This document shows, piece after piece, positions 1 to 9,702 of a DNA stretch of 60,821 nucleotides. The first letter of the stretch is position 1. Each line of letters opens with the position of its first letter. The position numbers and the translations under genes are program-made. Origin of the DNA: an archaeon (GTDB lineage Archaea; Micrarchaeota; Micrarchaeia; Anstonellales; Anstonellaceae). The stretch spans positions 1 to 60,821 of the forward strand of contig JAGVHI010000018.1 in NCBI GenBank assembly GCA_020056635.1. Direction: 5' to 3'. Below the pieces are notes generated by a model. That model was not told where the DNA came from. It saw nothing but the letters and a program-made list of their open reading frames with translations, and searched no databases.

Positions 1-51
1 AATTGCAAGCTCGCCATCCGGCGTCGTTACCATAGTGCCTGCGCCAAAGCA
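1..51 (-). other. Hint/intein N-terminal block A motif
   Basis: CFGAGTMVTTPDGELAI matches C-F-x-x-G-T-x-V-x-T-x-D-G-x-x-x-I; the rest of the domain is outside the window. Confidence 0.75.
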
Positions 52-2904
52 CGTGTAGTTGCAGGTAATGCTGCCGCCTGCGCAGCAGTCTGCTGCCACT
101 GAACACGCTCCTGCTCCAGTGGTTCCGGTTGGATAGCAGCATTTGCTAGAAGTGCAGGTAGTGGTGTCGACGCCGCCTTGGCAGCAGTCTGCCACAACAG
201 AGCATCCTGTTGCTTGTGTCGCGTAGCAGCATTTGCTCCCGCTGCACGAGATGCTGCCGCCTGCGCAGCACTGGCTTGCAGAACTGCATCCACCATACTG
301 GGTTGCTATGCAGCACTTGCTCGAGGTGCATGTTATGTTGCCTGCCGCGGTTCCGCAGCAGCAGTCGCTAACTGAAGAGCAGCTCGTGCTCGCGAGCGGG
401 ATGCAGCATTTGCTTGATGTGCTGCAAAGACCTGCCCCTACACCGTTTGCGCATGTCGAGGAGCAGCAATATGAGGCGCCTGAACCTGGGCAGGATGCCT
501 GATTTGCCTGGCAGGTGCATACTCCACCCGAGCACAGACCGGAGCAGCATTGCGAGTTGTTCGAGCAGGAATTGCCGTTCGGGTTGCATGCGCATGCTCC
601 GCCTGTACAATAATTGGTGCAGCATTGAGAGTTTCCGGTGCATGAGTTGCCAGTGGGCGTGCATGCGCACACGGTGCCGTTCAGGTAGCCCGAGCAGCAT
701 AGGGACGAATTGCCGGAGGACTGCCCATTGTCAAAGCAATCGGCGCACAGATTCGAGGAGTTGCATATCTCAGAGCAGCAGTTCACATTTGTGGAGCAGG
801 ACTCGCCAAGAGCGGTGCACGCACATGCCCCATTGGAGCAAATGTTTGAGCAGCATTCAAAAGTGTTGTTGCATGCCTCGCCCTCGCCATAGCACTCGGC
901 GCATTGGAGATCATGGCAATGACCAGAGCAGCACGTGACGCTGTAATAGCATGGTGAGCCAGTATACCTGCATAAACAATTGAATCCGTTGCACAAGTTG
1001 GTGCAGCAGTTCTGGTCATATGTGCATGAGGCCCCTACGTCCTCGCACGCAGCAGAGCATGTGCTAGTATACACGTTGCAGTAGCCAGAACAGCAGCTGT
1101 AGTCGTCTGGTTCTCCTGGAGTGCATGCTTCGCCGTTTGCAGCGCATGGACCGCATGTGCCTAAAACGCAATAAGTGGATTGGCAGTCGCCCCCGCCGTC
1201 ACAGCTATGCCCATCTGGGTAGAGGGCGCACAAGCCGTTTTCGCAGTATTGCGGGTTGGGGCAATATGCCGCGCCGCCGGGCGGGCATGGGTCGCCTATT
1301 GAGGGCCACTGGCACATGCCGCCCGAGCAGTTGCCTGTGCAGCACTGTGAACCATCGGTGCAGGTGTTGTTGAGCGGTGCACAGGCGCACGCATTGCTGT
1401 AGCAGTAGTTCGAACAGCAGGTTGAGTTGCCTGTGCAGGTGCCTGCGTTGCTTCGGCAGGAGGCGCACGTCCCATTGTCGCAGATGTTCGTGCCGCACTG
1501 CGAATCAGAGCCGCAGGAAAGCCCGTTGGGCTTTAGCGTGCATGCGCCGTTTGTGCAAAGCCCGGAGCAGCAGTCTGAATTAGAGCCGCAGGATTCTGAG
1601 GTTGCCCGGCACGAGGTGCAGGCTCCCCCGGAGCAGATTCCGGAGCAGCAGCTGGAGTCCGCAGTGCAGTTGCCCCCAGCCGCAAGGCATGAGACGCATT
1701 GGCTCGTGGTTGCGTTGCATGCGTTCGAGCAGCAGTTCCTATTCTCGCTGCATTCGTGGCCTGCAGGATAGCAGCCGCATGCCTCCAGAGTATCATACGA
1801 GCAGATGCCAGAGCAGCAATCATCGCCGCTTGTGCAGTATTGCGAATTGCTGGCGCACGAAGAGCACTGGCCCAATAGGCTGCAGTAGCCGGAATCACAT
1901 TCAACGCCCGAGCTGCAGCCATCGCCCACTGACCCGACGCATGAGCCTGCTGAGCAGGAGCCTGAGCAGCATTCATTGGGAGATGAGCAGGAGTTCCCGT
2001 TGGATGTGCATTCCGAACACACCCCATCGTCGCACGAGCCAGTGCAGCATTCCGCCGCTGCAGCGCACGTGTTCCCGTTTGATTTGCATGAGGCGCAAAT
2101 CCCATTCGAACAATAGAGACCAGTGTCACAATCCGTATCGTTCGAGCAAGCATAGCCCGAGGCTGAGCTGCATATCCCTGCATCGCAGAGCGTGCCGCAG
2201 CATTCTGATGAGGAAGAGCATTCCTGCCCACTTGGCTTGCAAGCGCAAATCCCTGCTTCGCAGTAGGTCGAGCAGCAGTCGGAATTGATGGAGCATGGGA
2301 GGCTGTTTGAGCGGCATGCGCAGCCTTCAGATATGCACTCGCACTTGCCAGTGCCCGCATAGCACGTGAGTGAAGGGGTGCTGGTGCAGCAGTCGGAACT
2401 GTCCAGGCATGAGTTGCCCTGCCCAACGCAGCCAGGGGGCTTCACAAACAGGCTTTCTGCGCCATATTGGGTCTTTGATAGGCTGCTTCCGGCAAGCGTG
2501 TACACGAACCTTATTTTGAACGGGCAGTCCGCGTCCCCGATGCAGCTTGTGTAGTCGGAATCGACATCCACAGTCGCCTTCCCGCCTGGGCTGATTAGCG
2601 CGGGCGAAGAGAGATGAGTGGTGGTTTCCGAGCTTGCAAGCTGGTTCATGACCACCACATCAGTGAGCAGTATCTGGCGCGGGCCGTTGTTGCGAAGCGT
2701 AAGCCGGACTTTTTCCTGCAGCGACGACCAGCCGGTGATTGCAATCGGCCTTGCGCTTTCCCAGTAAATTTGCGATTGGGTGACGCGGGATGAACCAAGC
2801 GGGCGCGAAAAGGAGAGAAGCGACATAGCTGCGATGCCGACAAGAAGCACTACTGCAAAAAGAATCACGAATTCGGTTGCTGCCTGACCCCTTTTCCGGC
2901 CCAA
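1..2904 (-). CDS. Giant pilin-like surface protein with class III signal peptide, about 29 Cys-rich knottin-like repeats and the start of a Hint domain; runs off the window (partial)
   Basis: Manual translation is open from TTG 2904 (GGGGT SD-like upstream) to base 1. It begins MGRKRGQAATEFVILFAVVLLVGIAAM, carries C-x6-C-x5-CC-x3-C-x4-C repeats and ends CFGAGTMVTTPDGELAI. It is absent from the ORF track because there is no stop in the window. Confidence 0.92.
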   Translation of the reverse strand, partial: MGRKRGQAATEFVILFAVVLLVGIAAMSLLSFSRPLGSSRVTQSQIYWESARPIAITGWSSLQEKVRLTLRNNGPRQILLTDVVVMNQLASSETTTHLSSPALISPGGKATVDVDSDYTSCIGDADCPFKIRFVYTLAGSSLSKTQYGAESLFVKPPGCVGQGNSCLDSSDCCTSTPSLTCYAGTGKCECISEGCACRSNSLPCSINSDCCSTYCEAGICACKPSGQECSSSSECCGTLCDAGICSSASGYACSNDTDCDTGLYCSNGICASCKSNGNTCAAAAECCTGSCDDGVCSECTSNGNSCSSPNECCSGSCSAGSCVGSVGDGCSSGVECDSGYCSLLGQCSSCASNSQYCTSGDDCCSGICSYDTLEACGCYPAGHECSENRNCCSNACNATTSQCVSCLAAGGNCTADSSCCSGICSGGACTSCRATSESCGSNSDCCSGLCTNGACTLKPNGLSCGSDSQCGTNICDNGTCASCRSNAGTCTGNSTCCSNYCYSNACACAPLNNTCTDGSQCCTGNCSGGMCQWPSIGDPCPPGGAAYCPNPQYCENGLCALYPDGHSCDGGGDCQSTYCVLGTCGPCAANGEACTPGEPDDYSCCSGYCNVYTSTCSAACEDVGASCTYDQNCCTNLCNGFNCLCRYTGSPCYYSVTCCSGHCHDLQCAECYGEGEACNNTFECCSNICSNGACACTALGESCSTNVNCCSEICNSSNLCADCFDNGQSSGNSSLCCSGYLNGTVCACTPTGNSCTGNSQCCTNYCTGGACACNPNGNSCSNNSQCCSGLCSGGVCTCQANQASCPGSGASYCCSSTCANGVGAGLCSTSSKCCIPLASTSCSSVSDCCCGTAAGNITCTSSKCCIATQYGGCSSASQCCAGGSISCSGSKCCYATQATGCSVVADCCQGGVDTTTCTSSKCCYPTGTTGAGACSVAADCCAGGSITCNYTCFGAGTMVTTPDGELAI
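52..2430 (-). repeat. Tandem array of about 29 Cys-rich units of 25-30 aa (C-C-CC-C-C framework)
   Basis: Example units: CKSNGNTCAAAAECCTGSCDDGVC, CTPTGNSCTGNSQCCTNYCTGGAC, CNPNGNSCSNNSQCCSGLCSGGVC. Confidence 0.9.
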
Positions 2905-2945
2905 ATGGATTACCCCAATACAAATATGCTCGAACCTTATATATA

Positions 2946-5900
2946 TTATGTGGATGCGGGCGAATCGGGGCCCTGCTTTGGCATTTTCCGCTTCCCCTCC
3001 TGCTTATTTTTTCCTTTTCCAAACAGCAGCCATGCCCCAAGCATAACAAGCAGCAGCGTGGAAACCGCGAGCATTGCAATGGATAAAGATGAATCCTGGG
3101 AAGGGGGGAGCGAGGAGATTGAAGCGAGCGCTTTTCTTGAAAGCAAAATCGACTCCGCAAATTTTCCATCGTCAAGCTTGGATTTGGCCTCTGAAATGAC
3201 TGCTTTTATCTCGCGCAGCTGCGTGCCGTCCCGAAGTGAGGATTTGGAGAGCGCGGCATCCGCAAGCGAATACGAAGATTCGGCTGAATTCGAAAGCGAG
3301 GCAAGCGATGAGTTCAGCTGCAAAACAAGCGCGCGCGAGTTCTCAAGAAGGAGGAGCGAGTCAGTTTCAAGAGAGGAGGAAATGTTCTTTGCAAGCGATT
3401 TTTCAAGCGTGCCGCGCCTCTTTTCAAGCGCGGCGATATCGGATTTGACCTGTGATGGCGTCTTTGGCATGCTTGCTTTTGCAGACCTACCAAGCGCAGA
3501 GTATTCAGTTGAATAATGCGATTGCACAAGTGTTGCCCCTTCGAGGGAAAGCCTAGCCTGCAGAAGGGTTTCTGATATGTTTGAGCGCTTGGATTCAAGC
3601 ATTGAGGAATACGCCCGCTCAAGCTCTGCATCAGTGGCGCCAAGCGAAAGAAGCTTTTCAAGAGCAGGGTCAGAAAATCCGCTTGCAAGGTAAGCAAGCC
3701 TTATTTTTGAGGAATTGGTTTGGGGCGCAGGCCGCTTGGCTTGGAGTTGTGATGCCGCCTCTTGCTTTTTTTCCTCTTCTTGCAAGTGCCCAGATATTTC
3801 AGCGTCGAGAGCAAGGTACTGCGCATACGCCTCATCAAATTTGCCCTGCGAGTAGAGCGAATGCGCCTTGGAATAAAGCGAAAGGATTTGAGGCTTGAGG
3901 GTTTTTGCCGCCTCCGCCCCAAGAGTTTCGTCTAGGGGCCCAAGCGAGCCTATTTCGTAGGAGATTGCGAATTTTGTTCCGCTCCCAGGAGTTATCGGGC
4001 CTGTTTCAAGCGACACGAGCAAATCCTCGCCGTTTTCGGATTTTGAGAACACGCGTGCGGAGGAGCCGGAGAGGGGCGCAACCGCATAGTTCACTGCTTT
4101 TGCAGCGCCAGGCTCGCGAAGCGCAATTGACGCTTTTGGGATCATGATTTTTGCATTGGAGATTGATAGGATATAGGAGAGCCCCATATGCGATGCAGCC
4201 TGCTTAGTGGATGCGGATTCCCTTGCGATTGTGAATGGGAATGGGATGGAATATTTTACCCCGATGGAATGCTTCCCTTTGCTGATGCCGTGTAATGAAA
4301 TAGCAATGCCGCCTGCATTTGCAAAAGATGCGGCGCCAAGCCTGCCTGAGTCAATTGAAATTATTGACGAGCTGGACGGAGCGCCCAATTCGAGGATTGC
4401 ATTTTCAATTTCATTCTTCGCATCAAAAGAAACCGTTTTTTCAACCATGGCTATTTCAGAGTCCGCGTATTGCACTTCTGTGCTCTCTGATATTATTGGG
4501 AGCAGAGCAGTCTCCTTTTCGATTGAGAATGAGTACATGGAATTTGCGCCCGCCCCATGTGCGATGAAGGCTGTTTGCGCCCCGTTTGCCCTTGCGCCAG
4601 AAATCCAATCCCCATCAAGAATGTCAGAATCGGATGGCTGAAATGGCAGGGATGCGAGAAATTCAATTTCCCCGTCATATGCTATTGGCAGCGAGTTTGC
4701 AGTCGTTATGAGCAGCTTCCTTGGCTGGGACTTTCCCACGATCACCTGCTCATCTGACCGGTCTTCAACAATTGCGTTGCGGCTAAATTCCGCCCCAAGT
4801 ATTGCAGGCGCAAGCTCATTTGTTTTCTGCGAAAGCGCCAAAAGGTCTTTTCTTGCTGGCGCGAGCTTCCCAAGGGCGGCAGGCTGGGCTTGCCCGGAAA
4901 CAAAATAAGCCGAGTATGATTCGAGCTTCTGGCCAAGAGAGGGGAGGCGGGAGGCATAATATTTTGCAATCGATTCCAGCTCGGCAGTTTTCGCAGGAAT
5001 GTCCGAGTATTCAAGCGATGCGGCTGAAAGAAGAGATTCGATATTCGCTTGTGCGACCTGCGCCCCAAGTGATGGGTCTAAAGTGGCGTCTGACTGTAGC
5101 CGCTTGAGAAGGGAGAGGTCCTGCTCAGCGAAGAACGTGTCAAGCCCGTCCTGTTTTGCAAGCGAGATTGCGTGGGCAAGCGAATTTATAGAAGCTGAAG
5201 CTTCCAGTTCCTGTGACCTGGATGCTATTCCTTCAGATGATGCAAGCTCGGATGCTTTTCTTGCAAGGCGCGCGGCACCGGAGTAATGCACAAACCGCTC
5301 TCCAACAGAGGCTGCAATTTCTGCCTTCTCGAATTCCTCTTTTGCCTTTTTCAGCTCGGCACTTGCAGAAAGAAGCGCAGACGTTGCAGTTGATTGCAAT
5401 TTTTTCTGGAGCCCTATTTCCTCAGTTGCGTCCAAAATCCATTTTTCCGCGTCATGCAGTGCATTTTGTTCAGCATCCTCCGCCTCCTCAAGCGCAGCTT
5501 GCGCAAGCGAGGCTGATTGGCTTGCAATGTAAAAACAATCCGAGTATTTGTCAAGGGACACTGAGATGTAATGGAGTTTTTTTGATGTGAATGCCGATTG
5601 TGCCGCCGAACATTCCGCTTCCGCCCTCGAAAGAAGCTTTTGAGCGTACGAAAGTTTTGCAGATGGACCTAGAGGTTCAATCGACACCTCGATTCCCTCA
5701 TCTGAAAAAAAAGCAATTGCAGATGGGGTGACAAGCTCTGATCGTGCATCTTGCGCCTGCAAGAGCGCTTTTTTCGCAATGCCTATTTTGCCAGATGAGA
5801 TTAAAGATGCATTTTCAATTTCCGAATGTGCCAAAGCAATGAGAGCCCCGTATTGCGCGTGAAGCGTCGCTGCCCTTGGGATTGAGCCGTTTTTCCCTGC

Positions 5901-6692
5901 CACAAGCCAGTAGAATGTTGCATCTGGGAATTGGGCAATGTGAGGGGCGCGCAAGAGGTATTCAATTATTTGGGAATTCGCGACTGATGCGGATTCTGAG
6001 AAAGTGGAGTCCAGCCCGCCAGCCTGGCGCGTGGAGGTTTCGGATATGAAATCGATAGCCCCCTGCCTTGCAACGCCGCGGTAATCAGATGAGAGCAGAC
6101 CTGCGCGCTCAAGCTCCACCCTGTCATCGGACAACGCGAGGAATGCCTGGTTTGCAGATTCGCAGTAGTATGCATATGAAGCGAAATAATCCGAGAGTGC
6201 GCCTGCCCATTCTGATTGGTATTGCTCCGCATAGTCCTTGAGCTCTATTGCTTCTGGCATGCCAGCGAGAATGAGGTTTGGGTAGGAAAGCGAGAGTGAG
6301 AGTGCGCCTGCGCTTGCAAGCGAGATGCTAAAGGCATTTTGGTGCAGCAGTTTCGCATTTGAATAATGGGCCCTTGCAGACTCGAGATGCTCCCTCCCTT
6401 TCTGCGCGTTCTGCGCGGCATGCTCGAATCTTTCATTCTGCAATGAAGTGCCAAGCGAATCCCGGATGGTGAGTGCGGAAACCGGCTCCTGCGATTCTAT
6501 CTGGAGCGAATCGAGGCTTAATTGGAAATAGCCCGCCATTATGCGCATGCCCCCAGCATTGAGGATATATGGGTTTGAGCCAAGCCATTGGGATTGGTTC
6601 CAGAACTGCCTGAAATCGGAACCGAGGTGCGGCAGCGCAAAAACAGTAGGCAGCAGGAGAAAAAGAAGGGCAAGGAGCCTCCCTAGTTTCAC
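2946..6692 (-). CDS. Large secreted, C-terminally anchored protein with coiled-coil and beta-rich segments; function unknown
   Basis: Probable start is GTG 6692 after GGGGTG. Signal peptide KLGRLLALLFLLLPTVFA, Ala/Glu-rich helices, C-terminal TM helix and basic tail. Confidence 0.8.
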   Translation of the reverse strand: MKLGRLLALLFLLLPTVFALPHLGSDFRQFWNQSQWLGSNPYILNAGGMRIMAGYFQLSLDSLQIESQEPVSALTIRDSLGTSLQNERFEHAAQNAQKGREHLESARAHYSNAKLLHQNAFSISLASAGALSLSLSYPNLILAGMPEAIELKDYAEQYQSEWAGALSDYFASYAYYCESANQAFLALSDDRVELERAGLLSSDYRGVARQGAIDFISETSTRQAGGLDSTFSESASVANSQIIEYLLRAPHIAQFPDATFYWLVAGKNGSIPRAATLHAQYGALIALAHSEIENASLISSGKIGIAKKALLQAQDARSELVTPSAIAFFSDEGIEVSIEPLGPSAKLSYAQKLLSRAEAECSAAQSAFTSKKLHYISVSLDKYSDCFYIASQSASLAQAALEEAEDAEQNALHDAEKWILDATEEIGLQKKLQSTATSALLSASAELKKAKEEFEKAEIAASVGERFVHYSGAARLARKASELASSEGIASRSQELEASASINSLAHAISLAKQDGLDTFFAEQDLSLLKRLQSDATLDPSLGAQVAQANIESLLSAASLEYSDIPAKTAELESIAKYYASRLPSLGQKLESYSAYFVSGQAQPAALGKLAPARKDLLALSQKTNELAPAILGAEFSRNAIVEDRSDEQVIVGKSQPRKLLITTANSLPIAYDGEIEFLASLPFQPSDSDILDGDWISGARANGAQTAFIAHGAGANSMYSFSIEKETALLPIISESTEVQYADSEIAMVEKTVSFDAKNEIENAILELGAPSSSSIISIDSGRLGAASFANAGGIAISLHGISKGKHSIGVKYSIPFPFTIARESASTKQAASHMGLSYILSISNAKIMIPKASIALREPGAAKAVNYAVAPLSGSSARVFSKSENGEDLLVSLETGPITPGSGTKFAISYEIGSLGPLDETLGAEAAKTLKPQILSLYSKAHSLYSQGKFDEAYAQYLALDAEISGHLQEEEKKQEAASQLQAKRPAPQTNSSKIRLAYLASGFSDPALEKLLSLGATDAELERAYSSMLESKRSNISETLLQARLSLEGATLVQSHYSTEYSALGRSAKASMPKTPSQVKSDIAALEKRRGTLEKSLAKNISSSLETDSLLLLENSRALVLQLNSSLASLSNSAESSYSLADAALSKSSLRDGTQLREIKAVISEAKSKLDDGKFAESILLSRKALASISSLPPSQDSSLSIAMLAVSTLLLVMLGAWLLFGKGKNKQEGKRKMPKQGPDSPAST

Positions 6693-6812
6693 CAAATCCC
6701 ACCCCGATACGGTTCTTCGAGCGCCCCAATTAAAAACAATTCCCCGCGCGCTTTTGTAAATCATTTTTAAACAGTTTGATGCACAATTGGAACAACTATT
6801 TGAGGTGGGTCA

Positions 6813-7427
6813 ATGGAAGGAAGCGACGGGAGGCTGTATTTTGCATTTGAGAAGCTATGCGGCGACACAGTAAGGCAAGATGGCCATAAGCCGCCTGCAT
6901 ACATGGCTGCAGAAAATCCGGATGATTTCATTTATAGCAAAGATGGCAGCGGGTACGTGAAGATCGGGGGCATAAAAAGCGAAACGCTGTTGCTGCCAAT
7001 CGAAGTCACCGGCAAACGCCCAGAGGAAATTGCCGTATTATTCAGGCTTGCAAGGGTGGCTGCGCTTCTTGGGGATGCAAGCAAGGGGGTGCTTACAAAT
7101 TACGGCGATGTGCGCGACTCTATAATCTGGTTCTCTGACAGAAGAGGGCCGATGTACGAGCTGCTCAAGGAGAGCGAGCCTGCGCTGCTTGCTGCTGTTG
7201 AGAGGTTTGCAAGGGGCGAGGAGAGGGATTTTGGCGTTATTGTAGGGGAGCCTGCAACCTGGGGCAAGGTAGTAGGAAGGGCCAATGAGAGGCGCAGACA
7301 GATGCTCCGCGAGCAAGCGTTGATTTTCGCCCGTTCAAACGCAGCTACCCTTCAAAGCGACCACCGGGTCTTATTTGCAGAGCAGAATTCGCGCATTGGC
7401 TCAATGGGCAGGCTGGCAGCGAGATAG
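6813..7427 (+). CDS. Hypothetical protein
   Basis: 204-aa ORF with GAGGTG SD that fills the gap between genes. Confidence 0.7.
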   Translation: MEGSDGRLYFAFEKLCGDTVRQDGHKPPAYMAAENPDDFIYSKDGSGYVKIGGIKSETLLLPIEVTGKRPEEIAVLFRLARVAALLGDASKGVLTNYGDVRDSIIWFSDRRGPMYELLKESEPALLAAVERFARGEERDFGVIVGEPATWGKVVGRANERRRQMLREQALIFARSNAATLQSDHRVLFAEQNSRIGSMGRLAAR

Positions 7428-7462
7428 ACATTCTATTAAAAAAGCCGTGCCAATATAACATT

Positions 7463-8341
7463 ATGGAGGCCCAAATAGGCAACAAGCTACTTCTGGTCAC
7501 CCCTAATTGCGCTGATTTGGCAAAGCCGAATGTCGAGATTAAGCGCTTCCCAGATGGGGAGACGTATGTGCGGATTGACGAGGAGACCGAGGGCAAGCAC
7601 GTGACTGTGCTGCACCGCTGCTACCCGAAGCAGGATTCCTCATTGCTGCAGCTGTTGCTGATTGGCAACGCGGTTGCGCCCTTTGCAAAATCCCTCACAG
7701 CGGTTGTGCCGTACCTCCCTTATGCGCGCCAGGACAAAGCGTGGAAAACAGGCGAGGTGAAAAGCGCGGAGATAGTGTGCAACTTGCTTGTGAGCTCGGG
7801 CTACACCAATTTGGTCACGTATGACTGCCATTTTTTGAAAAAAGGCGGGGAACACAAGCGCGACAAGCTGACCATACTCAACAAGTCGATGGGCAAAATG
7901 CTTGAGGATTACCTCTCAAGGCAGATTGCAGACGACCCGGTGATAGTCTCGCCGGATTCTGGGGCAGGCTACCTGGTGGAGGGGCGCGGGCATGCGATGA
8001 AAAAGGTGCGTGGCGAGTATGTTACGGATGACAAGACCGCGTACCGCGAGGTGAAGGAGCTTTCGATGGACTTCTCGGTGAATGGCCGGGAGGTAATAGT
8101 GCTTGATGACATGATTGCGGGCGGCGGGACTATGGAGCGCGCAGTGCGGCTCTGCATTGAGGCTGGCGCAAAAACTGTGCGGTGCGGTGCGACCCACGGG
8201 CTTTTTTTGAATTTTGCAGACCAGAGGATCAAGGAGGCAGGGGCGCAAGAGGTCATTGCCTCTGACACTGTGCAGTGCCCGTATTCAAAGGTGTCGATAA
8301 AGGAGCAGCTGTTCACTGCGCCGCTCTCATCGTTCTTCTAG
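7463..8341 (+). CDS. prs: Ribose-phosphate pyrophosphokinase
   Basis: Motifs RFPDGETYVRI, PYLPYARQDK, VSPDSGA, LDDMIAGGGT, ATHG. Confidence 0.95.
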   Translation: MEAQIGNKLLLVTPNCADLAKPNVEIKRFPDGETYVRIDEETEGKHVTVLHRCYPKQDSSLLQLLLIGNAVAPFAKSLTAVVPYLPYARQDKAWKTGEVKSAEIVCNLLVSSGYTNLVTYDCHFLKKGGEHKRDKLTILNKSMGKMLEDYLSRQIADDPVIVSPDSGAGYLVEGRGHAMKKVRGEYVTDDKTAYREVKELSMDFSVNGREVIVLDDMIAGGGTMERAVRLCIEAGAKTVRCGATHGLFLNFADQRIKEAGAQEVIASDTVQCPYSKVSIKEQLFTAPLSSFF

Positions 8342-8415
8342 GGGTGTTTCCTGCCAGGATGCATTTCCCCCTGGCTGCTTTTTGGAACGCTTAGCTTTTG
8401 ATGGGCTGCTAGGGC

Positions 8416-9597
8416 TTATTGGAGTTTTGCCTGCTTCCTGGAATGAGCACCCGGTTTCTTTCGCGCATGCCTTGCCTGCGGCAATTTCTTGTGGGCAGCT
8501 GCGTGCCCTGCCTGCTCGATTTGGGCATGATGCGCCATAGCACGCTCTGTTCCAGCCGCATATTCAGGTGGCTTGTGCACCCTCACCCTTGCAAGAAGCT
8601 TCCAGAAGATGAATGCGGCAAATGAGATTCCAGCAATTGCTGCGATTGCTATCCCGGCAAGCACCAGCGGGAGAGGGAGCGTTTCCTTTGCAGATGGTTG
8701 GGGCTCGGCAAAAGGAGGCTGCACTGAAGGCTTCGGGGCGCTTGGGGCCGACGCGTTCTCATTCGGCCTTGCAAAAGATGTGAATGTTGTGTTTTCGAAC
8801 TTGAATGAATAGGCTCCGGCATCGACCGCAGTGATGCTTGCTTTCCCATCGGAATCCGACACTAAGGTGGTTTTGCCGGCAGGGGTGGTGGCTTCTATTG
8901 AGGCGCCCGGGGCAGGCTTGCCGCCCCTTGTAACGGAAACCGAAATCACACCGCCCTGCTCTGCGGCAAGCGTCCCTGAGATTTTAGGGGTCGTGTCCTC
9001 GGGAACAGGAGGCTGCATCTTGTTTAACGTGATGAAAAGGAGCTTTGCTTCCGCGTCCTCAAGTGTGGCCTCCCCGGTATAATAGTACTCTCCGCGGGTA
9101 ATGTTAATCATGTAGGTGCCTGGCGATAGCGAGGTTATCACGAACTGCCCGTCGGGCATCACTTCCCCCCATTTTGCCGAATTGCCCTTCCAGAAGTAGA
9201 TTCTGCCCTCAAGCGGCACTGGCGCAGTTATCTTACCATATGCCGAACCAGGAGAGGTGCTGTCGGTAAACAGCTTGGACATCACTATGTCAAGCGAATC
9301 GCCGCTAATCGCGATTGCGGTCGCATTCACGATGCGCACGTGCGTCGCATAGTTGTACCGGCTCGCACGCAGTATGTATATGCCATCTGGGACGTTTTCA
9401 AAAGTGTATCGCGCGTAATCGAGCTTGCCGCTTGCAGCAGTCGTTTCCATGAAAAGCGCGCCCTCGGACAAAAGCTCCACCTTTGCGCCCGGGAGCATGG
9501 TGTTGTAGCCTGCCACTGTGCCGGTGATGGTTATGGCAGATAGTGATGAAAATGCAATAAGCAAAAGTGCAAGTGGCAATATGACGCGGTTTGACAA
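8416..9597 (-). CDS. Membrane-anchored surface protein with carboxypeptidase-regulatory-like (prealbumin-like) domains
   Basis: TTG 9597 after AGGTGA; signal peptide; ITGTV...PGAKVEL...YTFENVPDGIYILRAS; Pro linker; C-terminal TM. Confidence 0.75.
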   Translation of the reverse strand: MSNRVILPLALLLIAFSSLSAITITGTVAGYNTMLPGAKVELLSEGALFMETTAASGKLDYARYTFENVPDGIYILRASRYNYATHVRIVNATAIAISGDSLDIVMSKLFTDSTSPGSAYGKITAPVPLEGRIYFWKGNSAKWGEVMPDGQFVITSLSPGTYMINITRGEYYYTGEATLEDAEAKLLFITLNKMQPPVPEDTTPKISGTLAAEQGGVISVSVTRGGKPAPGASIEATTPAGKTTLVSDSDGKASITAVDAGAYSFKFENTTFTSFARPNENASAPSAPKPSVQPPFAEPQPSAKETLPLPLVLAGIAIAAIAGISFAAFIFWKLLARVRVHKPPEYAAGTERAMAHHAQIEQAGHAAAHKKLPQARHARKKPGAHSRKQAKLQ

Positions 9598-9702
9598 TCC
9601 ATCACCTGCTGTGAGAGAGATGCTCCAAACAATATAAAACTTCGTTTTTCGACGTCGGTTGCGCAACAACGTTTTTAATTTCCCAGCAGCCAATCGCCGC
9701 AT

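Noticed and set aside
52-2430. Recurring GCAGCA as a possible CRISPR array or microsatellite
   Set aside because: These are Cys-Cys codons; there is no constant repeat-spacer structure. No CRISPR array was seen in the window.
27-2843. Many short Ala/Gln/Arg/Ser-rich track ORFs on both strands
   Set aside because: They are shadows of the Cys-rich frame (TGC/GCA periodicity); the real gene is in the one minus frame that has no stop
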